Source of the DNA: Pecten maximus
Lineage: Eukaryota
Assembly (NCBI RefSeq): GCF_902652985.1
Contig: NC_047022.1
Span: 1,860,001 to 1,924,000, forward strand
Direction of reading: 5' to 3'
Length of the DNA: 64,000 nt
Positions 37,228 to 49,800 of the stretch are shown in pieces. Within the stretch, counting starts at the first letter, position 1, and the number at the start of each line of letters is the position of its first letter. Under the pieces are notes generated by a model, which saw only the letters and a program-made list of their open reading frames with translations, was not told the origin of the DNA and searched no databases. A program made the translations under genes and the position numbers.

Positions 37228-39190
37228 AGGTCCTCCTCCAATTAACAAAACCCGTCCTCCTCCATCAACACCCGTCCTCCTCCATCAACACCCGTCCTCC
37301 TCCATCAACAACCGTCCTCCTCCATCAACACCCGTCCTCCCCCATCAACATCCGTCCTCCTCCACCAACACCCGTCCTCTTCAATCAACACCCGTCCTCC
37401 TCCATCAACAACCGTCCTCCTCAATCAACACCCGTCCTCCTCCATCAACATCCGTCCTCCTCCATCACGCCCGTCCTCCTCCATCAACACCCGTCCTCCT
37501 TCATCAACACCCGTCCTCCTCCATCAACACCCGTCCTCCCCCATCAACACCCGTCCTCCCCCATCAGCACCCGTCCTCCTCCATCAACACCCGTCCTCCT
37601 CCATCAACACCCGTCCTCCTCCATCAACACCCGTCCTCCTCCATCAACCCCCGTCCTCCTCCATCAACCCCCGTCCTCCACCATCAACACCCGTCCCCCT
37701 CATTCAACACCCGTCCTCCGCCATCAACACATGTCCTCCTCCATCAACAGCCGTCCTCCTCCATCAACACCCGTCCCACTCCATCAACACCCGTCCTCCT
37801 CCATCAACACCCGTCCTCCTCCATCAACACCCGTCCTCCACCATCAACACCCGTCCTCCCCCATCACACCCGTCCTCCCTCAATCAACACCCGTCCTCCT
37901 CCATCAACACCCGTCCTCCTCCATCAACACCCGTCCTCCTCCATCAACCCCCGTCCTCCTCCATCATCCCCCGTCCTCCACCATCAACACCCGTCCCCCT
38001 CATTCAACACCCGTCCTCCGCCATCAACACCCGTCCTCCCCCATCAACACCCGTCCCCCTCATTCAACACCCGTCCTCCGCCATCAACACATGTCCTCCT
38101 CCATCAACACCCGTCCTCCTCCATCAACACCCGTCCCACTCCATCAACACCCGTCCTCCTCCATCAACACCCGTCCTCCTCCATCAACACCCGTCCTCCC
38201 CCATCAACCCCCGTCCTCCTCCATCAACCCCCGTCCTCCACCATCAACACCCGTCCCCCTCATTCAACACCCGTCCTCCCCCTTCAACACCCGTCCTCCC
38301 CCATCAACACCCGTCCTCCTCCATCAACACCCGTCCTCCCCATCAACATCCGTCCTCCTCCATCAACACCCGTCCCCCTCATTCAACACCCGTCCTCCCC
38401 CTTCAACACCCGTCCTCCCCCATCAACACCCGTCCTCCTCCATCAACACCCGTCCTCCCCATTAACATCCGTCCCCCTCCATCAACACCCGTCCCCCTCC
38501 ATCAACACCCGTCCTCCCCATCAACATCCGTCCTCCTCCATCAACATCCGTCCTCCTCCATCAACACCCGTCCTCCGCCATCAACACCCGTCCTCCTCCA
38601 TCAACACCCGTCCTCCTTCATCAACACCCGTCCTCCTCCATCAACACCCGTCCTCCCCATCAACATCCGTTCTCCTCCATCAACACCCATCCTCCTCCAT
38701 CAACACCCGTCCTCCTCCATCAACACCCGTCCTCCACCATCAACACCCGTCCCCTCATTCAACACCCGTCCTCCGCCATCAACACCCGTCCTCCACCATC
38801 AACCCCCGTCCTCCTCCATCAACACCCGTCCTCCACCATCAACACCCGTCCCCCTCCATCAACACCCGTCCTCCTCCATCAACACCCGTCCTCCTCCATC
38901 AACACCCGTCCCACTCCATCAACATCCGTCCTCCGCCATCAACACCCGTCCTCCTCCATCAACACCCGTCCTCCGCCATCAACACCCGTCCTCCTCCATC
39001 AACACCCGTCCTCCGCCATCAACAGCCGTCCTCCCCCATAAACCCCCGTCCTCCACCATCGACACCCGTCCCCCTCATTCAACACCCGTCCTCCGCCATC
39101 AACACCCGTCCTCCTCCATCAACATCCGTCCTCCTCCATCAACACCCGTCTTCCTTTATCAACAATCTTCCTCCTCAATCAACCCGTCCT
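37228..39190. repeat. 20-bp C-rich minisatellite (~95 copies)
   Basis: Unit ccatcaacacccgtcctcct. Confidence 0.96.
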
Positions 39191-39209
39191 CTATTATTCG
39201 TAACTTGAC

Positions 39210-40418
39210 CATCGCATCCTCTATTATAATACTACCACAGGGGACTGTAACACTACATCACATCTTCTATTATTATACTACCACAGGGGACTGTAACACT
39301 ACATCGCATCCTCTATTATTATACTACCACAGGGGACTGTAACACTACATCACATCTTCTATTATTATACTACCACAGGGGACTGTAACACTACATCGCA
39401 TCCTCTATTATTATACTACCACAGGGGACTGTAACACTACATCGCATCCTCTATTATTATACTACCACAGGGGACTGTAACACTACATCGCATCCTCTAT
39501 TATTATACTACCACAGGGGACTGTAACACTACATCGCATCCTCTATTATTATACTACCACAGGGGACTGTAACACTACATCGCATCTTCTATTATTATAC
39601 TACCACAGGGGACTGTAACACTACATCACATCTTCTATTATTATACTACCACAGGGGACTGTAACACTACATCACATCTTCTATTATACATACCACAGGG
39701 GACTGTAACACTACATCACATCTTCTATTATAATACTACCACAGGGGACTGTAACACCAACATCACATCCTCTATTGATACAAACCTACCACAGGGGACT
39801 GTAACACTACATCACATCTTCTATTATTATACTACCACAGGGGACTGTAACACTACATCACATCCTCTATTGATACAAACCTACCACAGGGGACTGTAAC
39901 ACTACATCACATCTTTTATTATTATACTACCACAGGGGACTGTAACACTACATCACATCTTCTATTATTATACTACCACAGTGGACTGTAACACTACATC
40001 GCATCCTCTATTATAATACTACCACAGGGGACTGTAACACTACATCACATCTTCTATTATTATACTACCACAGGGGACTGTAACACTACATCGCATCCTC
40101 TATTATTATACTACCACAGGGGACTGTAACACTACATCACATCTTCTATTATTATACTACCACAGGGGACTGTAACACTACATCGCATCCTCTATTATTA
40201 TACTACCACAGGGGACTGTAACACCAACATCACATCTTCTATTATAATACTACCACAGGGGACTGTAACACTACATCACATCTTCTATTATTATACTACC
40301 ACAGGGGACTGTAACACTACATCACATCCTCTATTATTCTATTATAATACTTCCACAGGGGACTGTAACACCAACAAAAAAACCCATGATACAAACCTAC
40401 CACAGGGGACTGTAACAT
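39210..40418. repeat. 46-bp minisatellite (~25 copies)
   Basis: Unit ctaccacaggggactgtaacactacatcacatcttctattattata. Confidence 0.96.
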
Positions 40419-40730
40419 CAATAAACCCCCATCTTCCATTAGACAAATAAAAGATATAAACCTCATCTCAGTTACACAGTGTGCGATATTTTACAACGCT
40501 GACTCAACAGATTGGTAAAAGTTAGTTATATTTTGTGTTATATCAGCTAGGATTACATGTAGTTATAGGTTTGTCAAACAACCTCTTACGCATTCTGTTA
40601 TAAATTTTACTCCACTTTCATTAAAGCACAATTCCACGTTTTTTTTAACGGAAGCTGTTTCAAGCTAACCGGGCTTTCCAACTCATATCAATATTGACAG
40701 AGTTATCTCCCCTCCAATTAAGGAAGTAAG

Positions 40731-40843
40731 ATGGCTTCTGCTGTGCTGCCGACGAGACATCGGAGAGATGAATCTATCAAACGCCAGAAATCCAAGTCAG
40801 ATCGGGACATTTTGTTACAAATGGGATTTACTAAACAACGAGC
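40731..40843 (+). CDS. UBASH3B: UBASH3 exon 1
   Basis: aagATGGCT; ...DILLQMGFTKQRA; GC|GTAAGT. Confidence 0.85.
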
Positions 40844-43800
40844 GTAAGTTTTCTAAAACGTAAGGTCTTGATCTTCGTATGAATGAAAGAATTACATCTC
40901 GATAATTCTGACATGACGGATGTCAACATTTCATGGTAAGATATTATGTTGACATGACTCACTGAGTCACGATCTTCATCCAAATGTATTCTATTTATAG
41001 CTCTAGTTAATACCTTTTTCACTGCCGGGATAATAAAACGACGTAAAAGATAACTTTAAACTGTAGAACTAACCATTTACATTGTCATATTAACGAGTCA
41101 CCGTCAAACTAAACAAATAAACACATGACCCCTCTAGCCACTCTGACGGGGAGTGACCCGCTCCGTGAGATGAGAGAGAAGACACACAGCTTTGTCACCT
41201 GAGAGCCAGAGTCTAGACATGTTTAGGCTATAGGCCTATGTACAAGTCAAAAACACAGAACTATCCCTTTAAAAAAAAATAAAAAAAATTGTACATTTTA
41301 AATCTGCCGACAGGGATATTGGGAGACTTTCTAGTCAGAGAGTAAAATCTCAAATCAGGAAGTCCAAAAAAAACACCTACCTTCAAGTGTGTACGGAATG
41401 CCCTGTCCTGTAATGGGGAAACATTAATAATTTATGAAAGTAACATTTTGAAAATTCTTCGTTGTAGAGAGAAGGCAATTGCGGCGACAGGAGACAGCGG
41501 AGTACAACTTGCCTCCGACTGGTAATAAGTTTCTTATAATATCGTGTTTAACTGGAGAACTGTTTAGAATAAGCTATAGTCGTATACATATTGTGAGACA
41601 AACTTGATAAAAAAATCTAAAAATTTTTGAAAATGGCTTGATCATGTTCATATTGCTTCCCTTTATAACAATATTTGTATATAAATTTTCATCTATATAA
41701 GCTGTTCTAAGCACTGATCCTTTTGTTGTAGATTTAAAACAACAGACATTGGATTTTATTTAATTAAGATGGGGATTCAAATGTTGTGACACATCTTCTG
41801 AATTCTCACGACTTCAGACTTCTGTCTATATATTGTCTATAGTATTTATTATTTCTTTTTTTGATTTGTTTCAAACTGAAGATTTCTTCTAGATACATAA
41901 TTCTGTTTTGTGTAACAGGCTCTTGTCACACGTGAATGACCCTCATCTCGACCAGAACAACGCTCGGGAGTACATTCTCTATCTGTGCCCCCAGGGGGCG
42001 CTGCAGAAAGAGGTGGTAGAATTCGCAGAGAAGTCTCTCAACAGCTGTGGTTGGAATGGATCCCACGCATACTTTCCTCATATAACACTATGTCCCTTCT
42101 TCACAGTAAGTCAGCAGGAGAACCTTGCAGTAATTAATACATTAATTAAATTAATTAATTAATCACAATTTCACTTCATTAATCATTAGTTTTTGAAGAT
42201 GACCAAAGTTTACAGTTGTTAGAAACATATTCCTTTTTGAGATCAGAAACGGCCTGTTGTGTCATTTTTAAAATCTATCGGTTTTCAATAAAGGCATCAA
42301 TAAGTTAAAGTGTACCCTGAACGAAAAATTATATTTTAATATGTTATTGGTATTGATTAATAAACAAGAATGCAGAAAATCGCATCAAAATAGGCCGACC
42401 CATTACCGAGTAATTACGATTTTTCTCGAAAACACACCTGAAGCCCAAAGCCGAATACCTCGTTTTGGTGACCTCTGACCTGTGACGTCACAGGTTGAAC
42501 ACGATTGGAGCCGCCATATAGGAAATATATAGAAAACAACGTGAACAAGTGCCTGTAATTAATACGAATAAGACAACAATAATGAAAGTGCTGAATAAAC
42601 TCTCTGAGTTATATTTGTGAATAAGTTAATAACAAATGCTACCGAAACCAGGGACATATCATTTTCTTTTTAAACGGGCCATATATAACATGTAGCATCT
42701 CACTAATTTTCTCTCATAACGAGCCATATACAACATGTAACATCTTATTTATTTTCTATTATAACAGGTCGTATATAACATGTATATTTTAGAAAAAAAA
42801 TTTGAACGGGTCGTTGTAACATGTATGACATTTGAATAACGGGCCGTTTATAACGACTTACATCATATAGCCTTTATTATGAGGGCATGACCGGTATGTT
42901 ACATAAAAATGTACCAGTATTGATTTCGGTTATAATACTTCTAGTAATACAAGTTTAAATGCAATTCATACAAGATGTGAAATAAATGCTAACCATTTTG
43001 AATTTTTTATTAGCCAAAACAGCAATGATACCGTTATTTTTGATTTTTGGATAATTGTCCGCAATTGATAAAACGTGTCCACGAAAGATCAGTAACTCCC
43101 AGATATGATTCATAAAGTAAATTTTCAACATCATGCGTATACAGTGTATATATATGAATGAGGTAACTTTGGTTAATTATTCTATAGACAAACCTTTGAG
43201 ATACGAATTTTTTCGTTTATGAGGAAAACAAAAATCACTGAATTCCAAAAATAATGTGTTTGATTTCAACAACTTGAAAATGTATTCCCTATAGTATACA
43301 CACAATTCCTGATAAAATTCAAGCTCAATTTATGTACAACCTGTAAAAGCATGGCTTCGGAACTTTTTTGAAGTACTCAGAAACAAAACGCGTGAACTCA
43401 CAAGCAATTATCGGCGTGTGCCGATTAAGAACACCAGAAATCACAGACACCTGTGGTGCAGTGACAGGTGTGACGAGCTTGTGGACCGTAATTTCACACC
43501 CGGTAATTGTTCAGCGGTATACTAACCCATTCAAACTTGAGAATTCGTAACTCTCCGAACATGTTTATACATCTGTTAAAAGTCCCTTTTTAAGTGAAGA
43601 TATGACTTGCGACACGAATGAAAAGCAAACCCACAAGGATCTGGATCACTTCATAATAATGACACAATTAAAAAAATAATAGCAAAAAAATATATAAAAT
43701 TTTAAAACAAAATCATACACGAAAATTATTGCTAGTTTATAAGTTTTAGTATTAATTATGATTAGTCACAATGAAATAAATTGTATGTTTTTTTATCGTA

Positions 43801-46800
43801 AAAAATGGAGCTAAAATGATGGTTTTAATAAGTACTTATGCTTTATACCTGTACAGAAAGTATCAGTTATATTATAATTGTTGCGAATCACTTTTATATA
43901 ATTTAACTGACAACGATCGTATATCAATTATATCTTTCTCAAGCATTTAATCGTCCTTAATCCCTGAGACCATGGCATGTAAAATAAGGGATAAAATATG
44001 TATATGTAGAAGTTTGTAGACTTCAACACTGGTATTCATACGAGAGAAAGATTTAGTCTATTGTAGATCATGATGATTTATAATATATTACTTTCTAAAT
44101 TAAGTGTCCTTCATGACTAGAAGGGGGTTTTGTATAGAATATAACACATGAATTTACTGTACGTGTGTTCGTCTTTTCTCACAAACCAGAGTATCCAGAA
44201 CTGTTGTATTGTTGGTATGTTTATTTGAATATTAATTTGCGAATGAAATGGCACATTATTTTATTTAAAAATGTTGATGCTGTGTTCCTTTCTTTGGTAA
44301 TGAGTAAGAAATGGTAAACACATAACTAATATACATTTATTGGTGATTGGCCGATTATTACATCAGTCTGTGTTAACCAAGCGGTCATTTTCAGAGTCAA
44401 TTTCACTATTTATTTATTATTTTTTTAAACTCAAACTTATATTGTTGGATTCCGACTTCTTGTCGGTAATATTTGCCAAATTCAACAACCTCAAATCTCA
44501 TGTCCAGATCGTATTCAGACATGTTTGTGCTGCTACTGTTCACACTGTCCTCTATGCTACTGGGCACCATAACAGTCACTCCGTTCAACCTGTGACGTCA
44601 TAGACTGAAGAGTTCCAAATCAGCGTGACTGACCAATACGCTGATTAGCAGTCGACCGACAGGTGCAAATCGCGTACTTCGATGTGCGATATCTCGGCAC
44701 TCGGCCAACCGATTTTGATCCGGTTTGCGACATTCTTCTTTGGTGGTTACAAAGAATAACATATTTGATTATCGTTTTTCGTTCAGGGTACACTTTAAAT
44801 TGGATTTAGTAATTTTTTCGATAAATTGCCAATTTTTTTATCACTAGCCAATGATTCATTACTACAGCCCATTCCCTCCTCTCTGTCCTTGTTGTCCAGC
44901 TATTCCAGTCACCTTCTATCCTCCCTGTCAATAGGGTCTAGCTATTCCAGTCACCTTCCCTCCTCCCTGTCCTTGGTGTCTAGCTATTCCAATCACCATT
45001 CCTCCTCCCTGTCCTTGGTGTCTTGCTATTCCACTCACCATTCATCCACCCTGTCCATTGTGTCTAGCTATTCCAGTCACCTTCCCTCGTCCCTGTTGTC
45101 CAGCTATTCCAGTCACTATTCATCCTCCCTGTCCTTGGTGTCTAGCAATTCCAGTCACCTTCCCTCCTCCCTGACCATGGTGTCTGTCTATTCAAATCAC
45201 CATTCCTCCTCCCTGACTATTGTGTCAGGCTATTCCAGTCACCTTCTATCCTCCCTGTCCATTGTGTCTAGCTATTCCAGTCACCATTCAACCTCCCTGT
45301 TCATTGTGTCTAGCTATTCCAGTGACCCTCCATCCTTACATTCCACAATGTCCAGCTATAGTGATATTCAGATTGATAGTAGCGTTATATGCTGACTGTA
45401 TATAATGATGTGTATTTCGTGTAGGTAGAGGATTCTAAAGTTCATGATGTGACGTGTGCTGTTCTGAAAATGGCGACCAAGCTACGGCAAACACCCGGAA
45501 AAATGAAACTGGACTTTTTTAGCCAAATAAATTTCATTGGACTGTTCGTACAGGAAGATTTCTATAAGTTTCTGTCAGATATCACAAATCAAGTTGGGGA
45601 GGAACTGAACAGAACAGGTAAGATTTTGCAGGTATTAGGTAGAGTCACACTTACACTGTTTTACAGGTATTAACCCTTTCAACCCTAAGACACTTAAGTG
45701 AACTCTGCCATTCATTCATCATTTGAAGTCCAATATGGTTAGTAGGGGTGAAAAAGTTAAGTTTTAGTCACACTTACACCGTTTTACTGGTATTTAGTCA
45801 GTGTCACACTGTTTTACAGGTTACAGGTATAAAGTTTGAGTCACATCGTTTTACAGGTATTGAGTTTAAGCCTCACTGTTTTACAGGTATTAAGTTTGAG
45901 TCACACTGTTTTACAGGTATTAAGTTTGAGTCACACCGTTTTACAGGTATTGAGTTTAAGCCTCACTGTTTTACAGGTATTAAGTTTGAGTCACACTGTT
46001 TTACAGGTATTAAGTTTGAGTCACACTGTTTTACAGGTATTAAGTTTGAGTCACACTGTTTTACAGGTAATAAGTTTGAGTCACACTGTTTTACAGGTAT
46101 TAAGTTTGAGTCACACTATTTTACAGGTATTAAGTCAGAGTCACACTGTTTTACAGGTAATAAGTTTGAGTCACACTGTTTTACAGGTATTAAGTTTGAG
46201 TCACACTGTTTTACAGGTAATAAGTTTGAGTCACACTGTTTTACAGGTATTAAGTTTGAGTCACACTGTTTTACAGGTATTAAGTTTGAGCCTCACTGTT
46301 TTACAGGTATTAAGTTTGAGTCTCACTGTTTTACAGGTAATAAGTTTGAGTCACATTGTTTTACAGGTATTAAGTTTGAGTCACACTGTTTTACAGGTAT
46401 TAAGTTTGAGTCACACTGTTTTACAGGTATTAAGTTTGAGCCTCACTGTTTTACAGGTAATAAGTTTGAGTCACACTGTTTTACAGGTATTAAGTTTGAG
46501 TCACACTGTTTTACAGGTATTAAGTTTGAGCCTCACTGTTTTACAGGTAATAAGTTTGAGTCTCACTGTTTTACAGGTATTAAGTTTGAGTCACACTGTT
46601 TTACAGGTATTAAGTTTGAGTCACACTGTTTTACAGGTATTAAGTTTGAGTCACACTGTTTTACAGGTATTAAGTTTGAGTCGCACTGTTTTACAGGTAA
46701 TAAGTTTGAGTCACATTGTTTTACAGGTATTAAGTTTGAGTCACACTGTTTTACAGGTATTAAGTTTGAGTCACACCGTTTTACAGGTATTAAGTTTGAG

Positions 46801-49800
46801 TCACACTATTTTACAGGTATTAAGTTTGAGTCACACTGTTTCACAGGTATTAAGTTTGAGTCACACTGTTTTACAGGTATTAAGTTTGAGCCTCACTGTT
46901 TTACAGGTATTAAGTTTGAGTCGCACTGTTTTACAGGTATTAAGTTTGAGTCACACTGTTTTACAGGTATTAAGTTTGAGTCGCACTGTTTTACAGGTAT
47001 TAAGTTTGAGTCACACTGTTTTACAGGTATTAAGTTTGAGTCACACTGTTTTACAGGTATTAAGTTTGAGTCACACTGTTTTACAGGTATTAAGTCAGAG
47101 TCACACTGTTTTACAGGTATTAAGTCAGAGTCACACTGTTTTACAGGTATTAAGTCAGAGTCACACTGTTTTACAGGTATTAAGTCAGAGTCACACTGTT
47201 TTACAGGTAATAAGTTTGAGTCACACTGTTTTACAGGTATTAAGTTTGAGTCACACTGTTTTACAGGTATTAAGTTTGAGTCACACTGTTTTACAGGTAT
47301 TAAGTTTGAGTCACACTGTTTTACAGGTAATAAGTTTGAGTCACACTGTTTTACAGGTATTAAGTTTGAGTCACACTGTTTTACAGGTATTAAGTCAGAG
47401 TCACACTGTTTTACAGGTATTAAGTTTGAGTCACACTGTTTTACAGGTAATAAGTCTGAGTCACACCGTTTTACAGGTATTAAGTCAGAGTCACATTGTT
47501 TTACAGGTATTAAGTTTGAGTCACATTGTTTTACAGGTATTAAGTCAGAGTGACACTGTTTTACAGGTATTAAGTTTGAGTCACACTGTTTTACAGGTAT
47601 TAAGTTTGAGTCACACCGTTTTACAGGTATTAAGTTTGAGTCACACTGTTTTACAGGTATTAAGTTTGAGTCACACTGTTTTACAGGTATTAAGTCCGAG
47701 TCACACTGTTTTACAGGTATTAAGTTTGAGTCACACTGTTTTACAGGTAATAAGTCTGAGTCACATTGTTTTACAGGTATTAAGTTTGAGTCACACTGTT
47801 TTACAGGTATTAAGTTTGAGTCACACCGTTTTACAGGTAATAAGTTTGAGTCACACTGTTTTACAGGTATTAAGTTTGAGTCACACTGTTTTACAGGTAT
47901 TAAGTTTGAGTCACACTGTTTTACAGGTATTTAGTCACACTTACACTGTTTTACAGGTATTAAGGTTGAGCCTCACTGTTTTACAGGTATAAAGTTTGAG
48001 CCTCACTGTTTTACAGGTATTAAGTTTGAGTCTCACTGTTTTATAGGTAATAAGTTTGAGTCACATTGTTTTACAGGTATTAAGTTTGAGTCACATTGTT
48101 TTACAGGTATTAAGTCAGAGTGACACTGTTTTACAGGTATTAAGTTTGAGTCACACTGTTTTACAGGTATTAAGTTTGAGTCACACCGTTTTACAGGTAT
48201 TAAGTTTGAGTCACACTGTTTTACAGGTATTAAGTTTGAGTCACACTGTTTTACAGGTATTAAGTCCGAGTCACACTGTTTTACAGGTATTAAGTTTGAG
48301 CCTCACTGTTTTACAGGTATTAAGTTTGAGTCACACTGTTTTACAGGTATTAAGTTTGAGTCACACTGTTTTACAGGTATTAAGTTTGAGTCACACCGTT
48401 TTACAGGTATTAAGTTTGAGTCACACTGTTTTACAGGTATTAAGTTTGAGTCACACCGTTTTACAGGTATTAAGTCAGAGTCACACTGTTTTACAGGTAT
48501 TAAGTTTGAGCCTCACTGTTTTACAGGTATAAAGTTTGAGCCTCACTGTTTCACAGGTATTAAGTCCGAGTCATACTGTTTTACAGGTATTAAGTTTGAG
48601 TCACACTGTTTTACAGGTATTAAGTTAGAGTGACACCATTTTACAGGTATTAAGTTTGAGTCACACTGTTTCACAGGTATTAAGTCCGAGTCACACTGTT
48701 TTACAGGTATTAAGTTTGAGCCACATAAGAAACAGCTACACATGACTCTGGCCTACCAGTATCAGACCGAGCAGCACGACAAACTTCTTGCCATGGCCAG
48801 GGATATCAATCTGGATACGAATGTACGCTGGGAGTTCAGACTCTATTCCCGGGATATCAGCAGGGCTCAGTGTGAGGTAACTTATTCTGTTGATTTTGAT
48901 TTGGTTTGGTTTGTTTTTGTTTAACGTCTTATTAACAACCAGGGTCATTTAAGGATGTGCCAGGTTTTGGAGGTGGAGGAAACCTGAAGTACCCGGAGAA
49001 AAACCACCGGCCTACGGTCAGTACCTGGCACCTGCCCCACGTAGGTTTCGAACTCGCAACCCAGAGGTGGAGGGCTAGTGTTAAAGTGTCGGGACAACTT
49101 AACCACTCGGCCACCGCGGCCCCAGTATTTGTTTCTTTAAGTTGACGGTACATTCCACTTTTGATATTAGGCTACGGTATGTTTTTTTTAGCTTTAAATT
49201 TTCTCTTCAAAGAAGGGGGCGAGGTATTGTGGCCCAGTGTTGGTACATTTTGTATCGACATCAGCCTTGGTGTTGGTCTTTCTAATATTAATCTAAAACT
49301 AAAAGATATTTTTGGGGGGTTGGGGGTGGAACCTGCTGTTTGACATATTTTGGACTTCGACTTCTTTTGCTGCCAAAACCTTTAAGTTTTTGGTGCAAAT
49401 GTAGAAAGGCATTAATACATCACTTTATGACTTTACTAGGGTACCGATATTTGAAATAAGGGTCCCTGTAAGGTTAGACTATCACATCCCATTAAACAAA
49501 AATACCTGTATGTCCTAAGGTACGAAAGGTGTTGAAAGCCTACACCCCACAGCTAGGGGATGAGTTGGAGTTGATTGATGGAGACTTCGTGTACGTGGAA
49601 CCCTCGGAGATCCAGGATAGTAAGGATGGATGGTACAGTGGTATATCGTGGCTCACAGGAAACTCCGGATATTTTCCTGGAACCTACACACAAAGGACTG
49701 CCGACACACGTACCTGGACACTTCACAGGTGTGTACACATAAGGGACGGGTGACATATGTGTTTGTATGTAATACAGGTGAGACATGTATTTGTATGTAA

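Noticed and set aside
33898-38465. 497-aa Cys-rich and 414-aa Pro/His-rich ORFs
   Set aside because: Minisatellite read-through (45-bp and 20-bp units), open in several frames with frame slips.
45748-48532. 601-aa and 718-aa repetitive ORFs as independent genes
   Set aside because: They are the 30-bp intronic array with non-ATG starts; relevant only as potential in-frame exon 5 extensions.
48900-49123. Possible tRNA gene
   Set aside because: A and B boxes are present, but they continue into a SINE body and tail with three copies in the window; no clean cloverleaf.
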